Shown one piece after another: positions 61,286-64,000 of a DNA stretch of 64,000 nt. The stretch is from the NCBI RefSeq assembly GCF_009914755.1, contig NC_060926.1; one strand, written 5' to 3'. Position 1 is the first letter of the stretch. Each line of letters opens with the position of its first letter. Made by a program: the position numbers and the translations under genes. The notes beneath the pieces were generated by a model. That model was given only the letters and a program-made list of their open reading frames with translations, did no database searches and was not told the DNA's origin. This stretch comes from the human T2T-CHM13v2.0 reference genome, Homo sapiens.

Positions 61286-61399
61286 TACGTATAAAATACC
61301 TTCTCACAAAGCTGTTTCTTTGCTTTTATAAGATTTATCCCCCAGTACAAAATAGGCTTTCCACAATTCTCTCATGTCCTTCTACATATGTTTATGTAA

Positions 61400-61545
61400 T
61401 TGTTGGGTTCTTCCTTTTTCTCAGTGGGTTGTAATCTTTATGAGGGATGGAATCCATTTCACTTTTCTCATTTTTACGTCCTTGTTGCTCTAGCATTAAG
61501 TCTGGCACATAGTAGGCGCTTAATAAATACTTACTGAATGAATAA
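61400..61545 (+). mobile_element. L2 3' end
   Basis: tgtaatctttatgaggg...tctggcacatagtaggcgcttaataaatacttactgaatgaat. Confidence 0.8.
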
Positions 61546-61894
61546 CATTTAAAAGAGATATATGATCTCCGTCATAGCAGGTCTGAAAAAGGAATGTGAC
61601 AGCTGCAATAATAACTCATGTGAACAACAAGGTTAGCTGGTAAAATGTGTGGGTTTCCAGAAATCACTTTCCCCTCAAACGCATTTATAAGAATGTTATT
61701 GTTAGAAATTATTTCAGCTTCATGTTCATAAAGTCTTTGTCTGAAATCAAAAGTCATCTGGAAAGATTGGCTGGCTACAAGCCATGATCACTTAGATATG
61801 AATAAGTTGAGTTATTTAATACCAGGAGTTACTACGCTGGTGGCGTTACTCAACCTCCTGAGTGAGAAAGAACAAGACAGGGAAGCAGGTTTGC

Positions 61895-62352
61895 TGTGCG
61901 CTGGTGACCAAACTGAGTTAGGAAAGACAGAACACACACATACGCAACACGTCATAGAAAGCAGGTTTATTACTCACAGACAGGCAATGAGGGACAACAG
62001 AAGCCTAGGATTTATCACCAGCCAGTCCTCCTCAAGGTTCAGGAAAGCTGCCTGGAGCAGAAGGAGTCTCAAAATTCACGGGCACCACTTGCACTGCAGC
62101 TGAGGATCCCCAGACAGCAGCATCCCCACCCCCAGGTGGTATGCTCTGCGGCAATAGGAATGTCTGGGCTACAGCATTAAAGCACATTCTGTTTCTAGGG
62201 GAGCATGGCAACAGAGCCCCAGCTGTCAGGCCATTCTCCCTATCTCAGCATGTTCTAGTGATCCCAGCTGTTCTAGTGATTATTGAGAACTACAAACAAG
62301 AAGGGCGCTGGGGGAAGGTCAGTTCGATGCTTTCTGGAGAACTATCCTTCCA
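61895..62352 (-). mobile_element. Old ERVL-type LTR (MER54/73/74-like)
   Basis: gcaggtttattactcacagacaggca (antisense polyA region); family assignment tentative. Confidence 0.45.
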
Positions 62353-63087
62353 AGGTGGAGGTGAGTTTGGAAATTTAAAATACTTTCTGTTACAGAAAAG
62401 ATACAAAATGACAGTGAAGCTTCTGCTAGCTCTGATGTGTGAGGGTTTTAGTGATTCAGACACCTGGGCTTCATGAGCCACTTAGGGAAGAGGAGACAGG
62501 ACCTTGGGCCAGAGAAAAATGGGGATTTACAAAAAGATCCAAACACATTGACAGGCTATATCTTGCATGAAAACAAGGGCTAGATTAAAAAAAAAAATCT
62601 TCCAGCCTGTGTGGGGAGATTTCAATGGCAATAATCCATTGGAATTTGTCTCTGGAGAGAAAAATATACCTGATAATTTATTTGTAATTATAAGCTTCTC
62701 ATACATGGTTTTAGATTTCAAATTTACATGCCCTCTGATTAGGGCACATACCTCGATTGAAGAGATACAACACCCCAGAAGAGATATGCACTATCAACTT
62801 GAAATGAGACTCTACACATACAGCCCAGAATAAATGATGACCTTTTATTCCAGTATCTCTCTCTCACACACACATACACCAAAAACCACTATAAGAAAAA
62901 AAACAAAACAAACAAACAAAAAAACAGCAGCAGAGTTGGTTCTTCACTTTGCCTAATCAAGAAATTCAGCCATTGGGATTATAAAATACTAAGTAGAAGT
63001 ACAATTTGAATCTTTGAAGTTGTAAAAGAGGCAATAGGATACATAAGCAAGGCACTGTTTATTATTAGAAACCTTTAGGCAGACTAA

Positions 63088-63615
63088 GCCAGGCACCCTG
63101 CCTCATGCATGTAATCCCAGCTACTCGGGAGGTTGAGGCACAAGGATTGCTTGAGTCCAGGAGTTTAAGACCAGCCAGGGGCTCATGCCTGTAATCCCAG
63201 CACTTTGGGAGGCCAAGGCAAGCAGATCACTTGAGGTCACGAGTTCAAGACCAGGCTGGCCAACATGATGAAACCCAGTCTCTACTAAAATACCAAAAAA
63301 AAAAAAAAAAAAAAGCAGGGCGTGGTGGCCTGTGCCTGTAGTCGTTCCACTGCACTTCAGCCTGGTTGACAGAGTGGGATTCCAAAAAACAAACAAACAA
63401 AAGAAAAAACAATCAGCCAGGGCAATATAGCAAAACATCATCTCTAAAAAAGAAACGAAAAAAATTGGCTTGGCATGTTGGCAGGCACTTGTCGTCCTAC
63501 ATACTTGAGAGGGTGAGAGGGTGAGCTCAGGAGTTTGCTGATACAGTGAAATCTAATCATGCCACTGGCATGCCAACCTGGGTGGCAGAGAGATACTGCC
63601 TCAAAAAAATTAAAA
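63088..63615 (+). mobile_element. AluJ interrupted by a younger Alu
   Basis: ggattgcttgagtccaggagtttaagaccagccaggg ... resumes as caatatagcaaaacatcatctct. Confidence 0.88.
63181..63413 (+). mobile_element. AluS nested in the AluJ; slightly 5'-truncated with a large right-arm deletion
   Basis: TSD cagccaggg at 63172 and 63414; gcctgtagtc joined to gttccactgcac. Confidence 0.88.
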
Positions 63616-63718
63616 ATGCAGGCAGGCTTGAAAAAAAAGAAACAATACAGCTTGTAGAAGTGCAGCATTTACTTTGGAATGAAAACCTTAATGGATGAGT
63701 ACACATAAGACTTGGTAC

Positions 63719-64000
63719 AAATGGAAGGAGACGTGGCACACTGAGAGGTGGATGTGAAACTCAGGACAGATGGAAGGAGACTTCGCGCACTGAGAGGCGG
63801 ATGTGAAACTGAGTAGAGATGGAAAGACACGCGGTGCACTGAGAAGCGGACGTGAAACTGAGGGAAGATGGAAAGAGACTGGCGCACTGAGCAGTGGACG
63901 TGAACCTGAGGAGAGATGGAAGGAGACCTGGTGCACTGAGAGGCGGACGTGAAACCGAGTGGAGATGGAAGGAGACGCGGTGCACTGAGAAGCGGATGTG
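63719..64000. repeat. 49-bp minisatellite (VNTR), about 5.8 units visible, continues past the window
   Basis: atggaa recurs at 63721, 63770, 63819, 63868, 63916 and 63965. Confidence 0.95.

Noticed and set aside
63669-64000. Repeat array as a CRISPR array or repeat protein
   Set aside because: Units are contiguous with no unique spacers, no cas genes are present, the context is primate, and the 49-bp period shifts frame.

Overview
This is eukaryotic, primate genomic DNA (catarrhine; AluY elements are present), non-coding and repeat-rich. It is not a prokaryotic locus. I find no credible protein-coding gene, RNA gene or CRISPR array. The ORF track is explained by Alu, L1, LTR and low-complexity sequence. 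Roughly half or more of the window is transposon-derived: about 17 Alus, long decayed L1 tracts (mostly on the minus strand), about 14 solo LTRs (MSTB, THE1, MER4, MLT1, PABL, MER41, LTR1/27, LTR9, LTR12, MER21 types), DNA transposons (MER44A, MER46C, MER6), MIR/L2 relics and microsatellites. A 49-bp minisatellite runs off the right edge. Subfamily names come from my recall of consensus sequences and need RepeatMasker/Dfam confirmation. I do not see an undescribed biological system. The most unusual structures are five mutational footprints: (1) an old ~1.2-kb inversion that splits a MER6 and left a ~240-bp inverted duplication; (2) an Alu whose TSD encloses a 3' extension ending in AATAAA plus polyA; (3) an Alu-MSTB fusion at a CTCCA microhomology; (4) a twin-primed L1 with a 5' inversion; (5) a perfect hairpin overlapping an L1 TSD.
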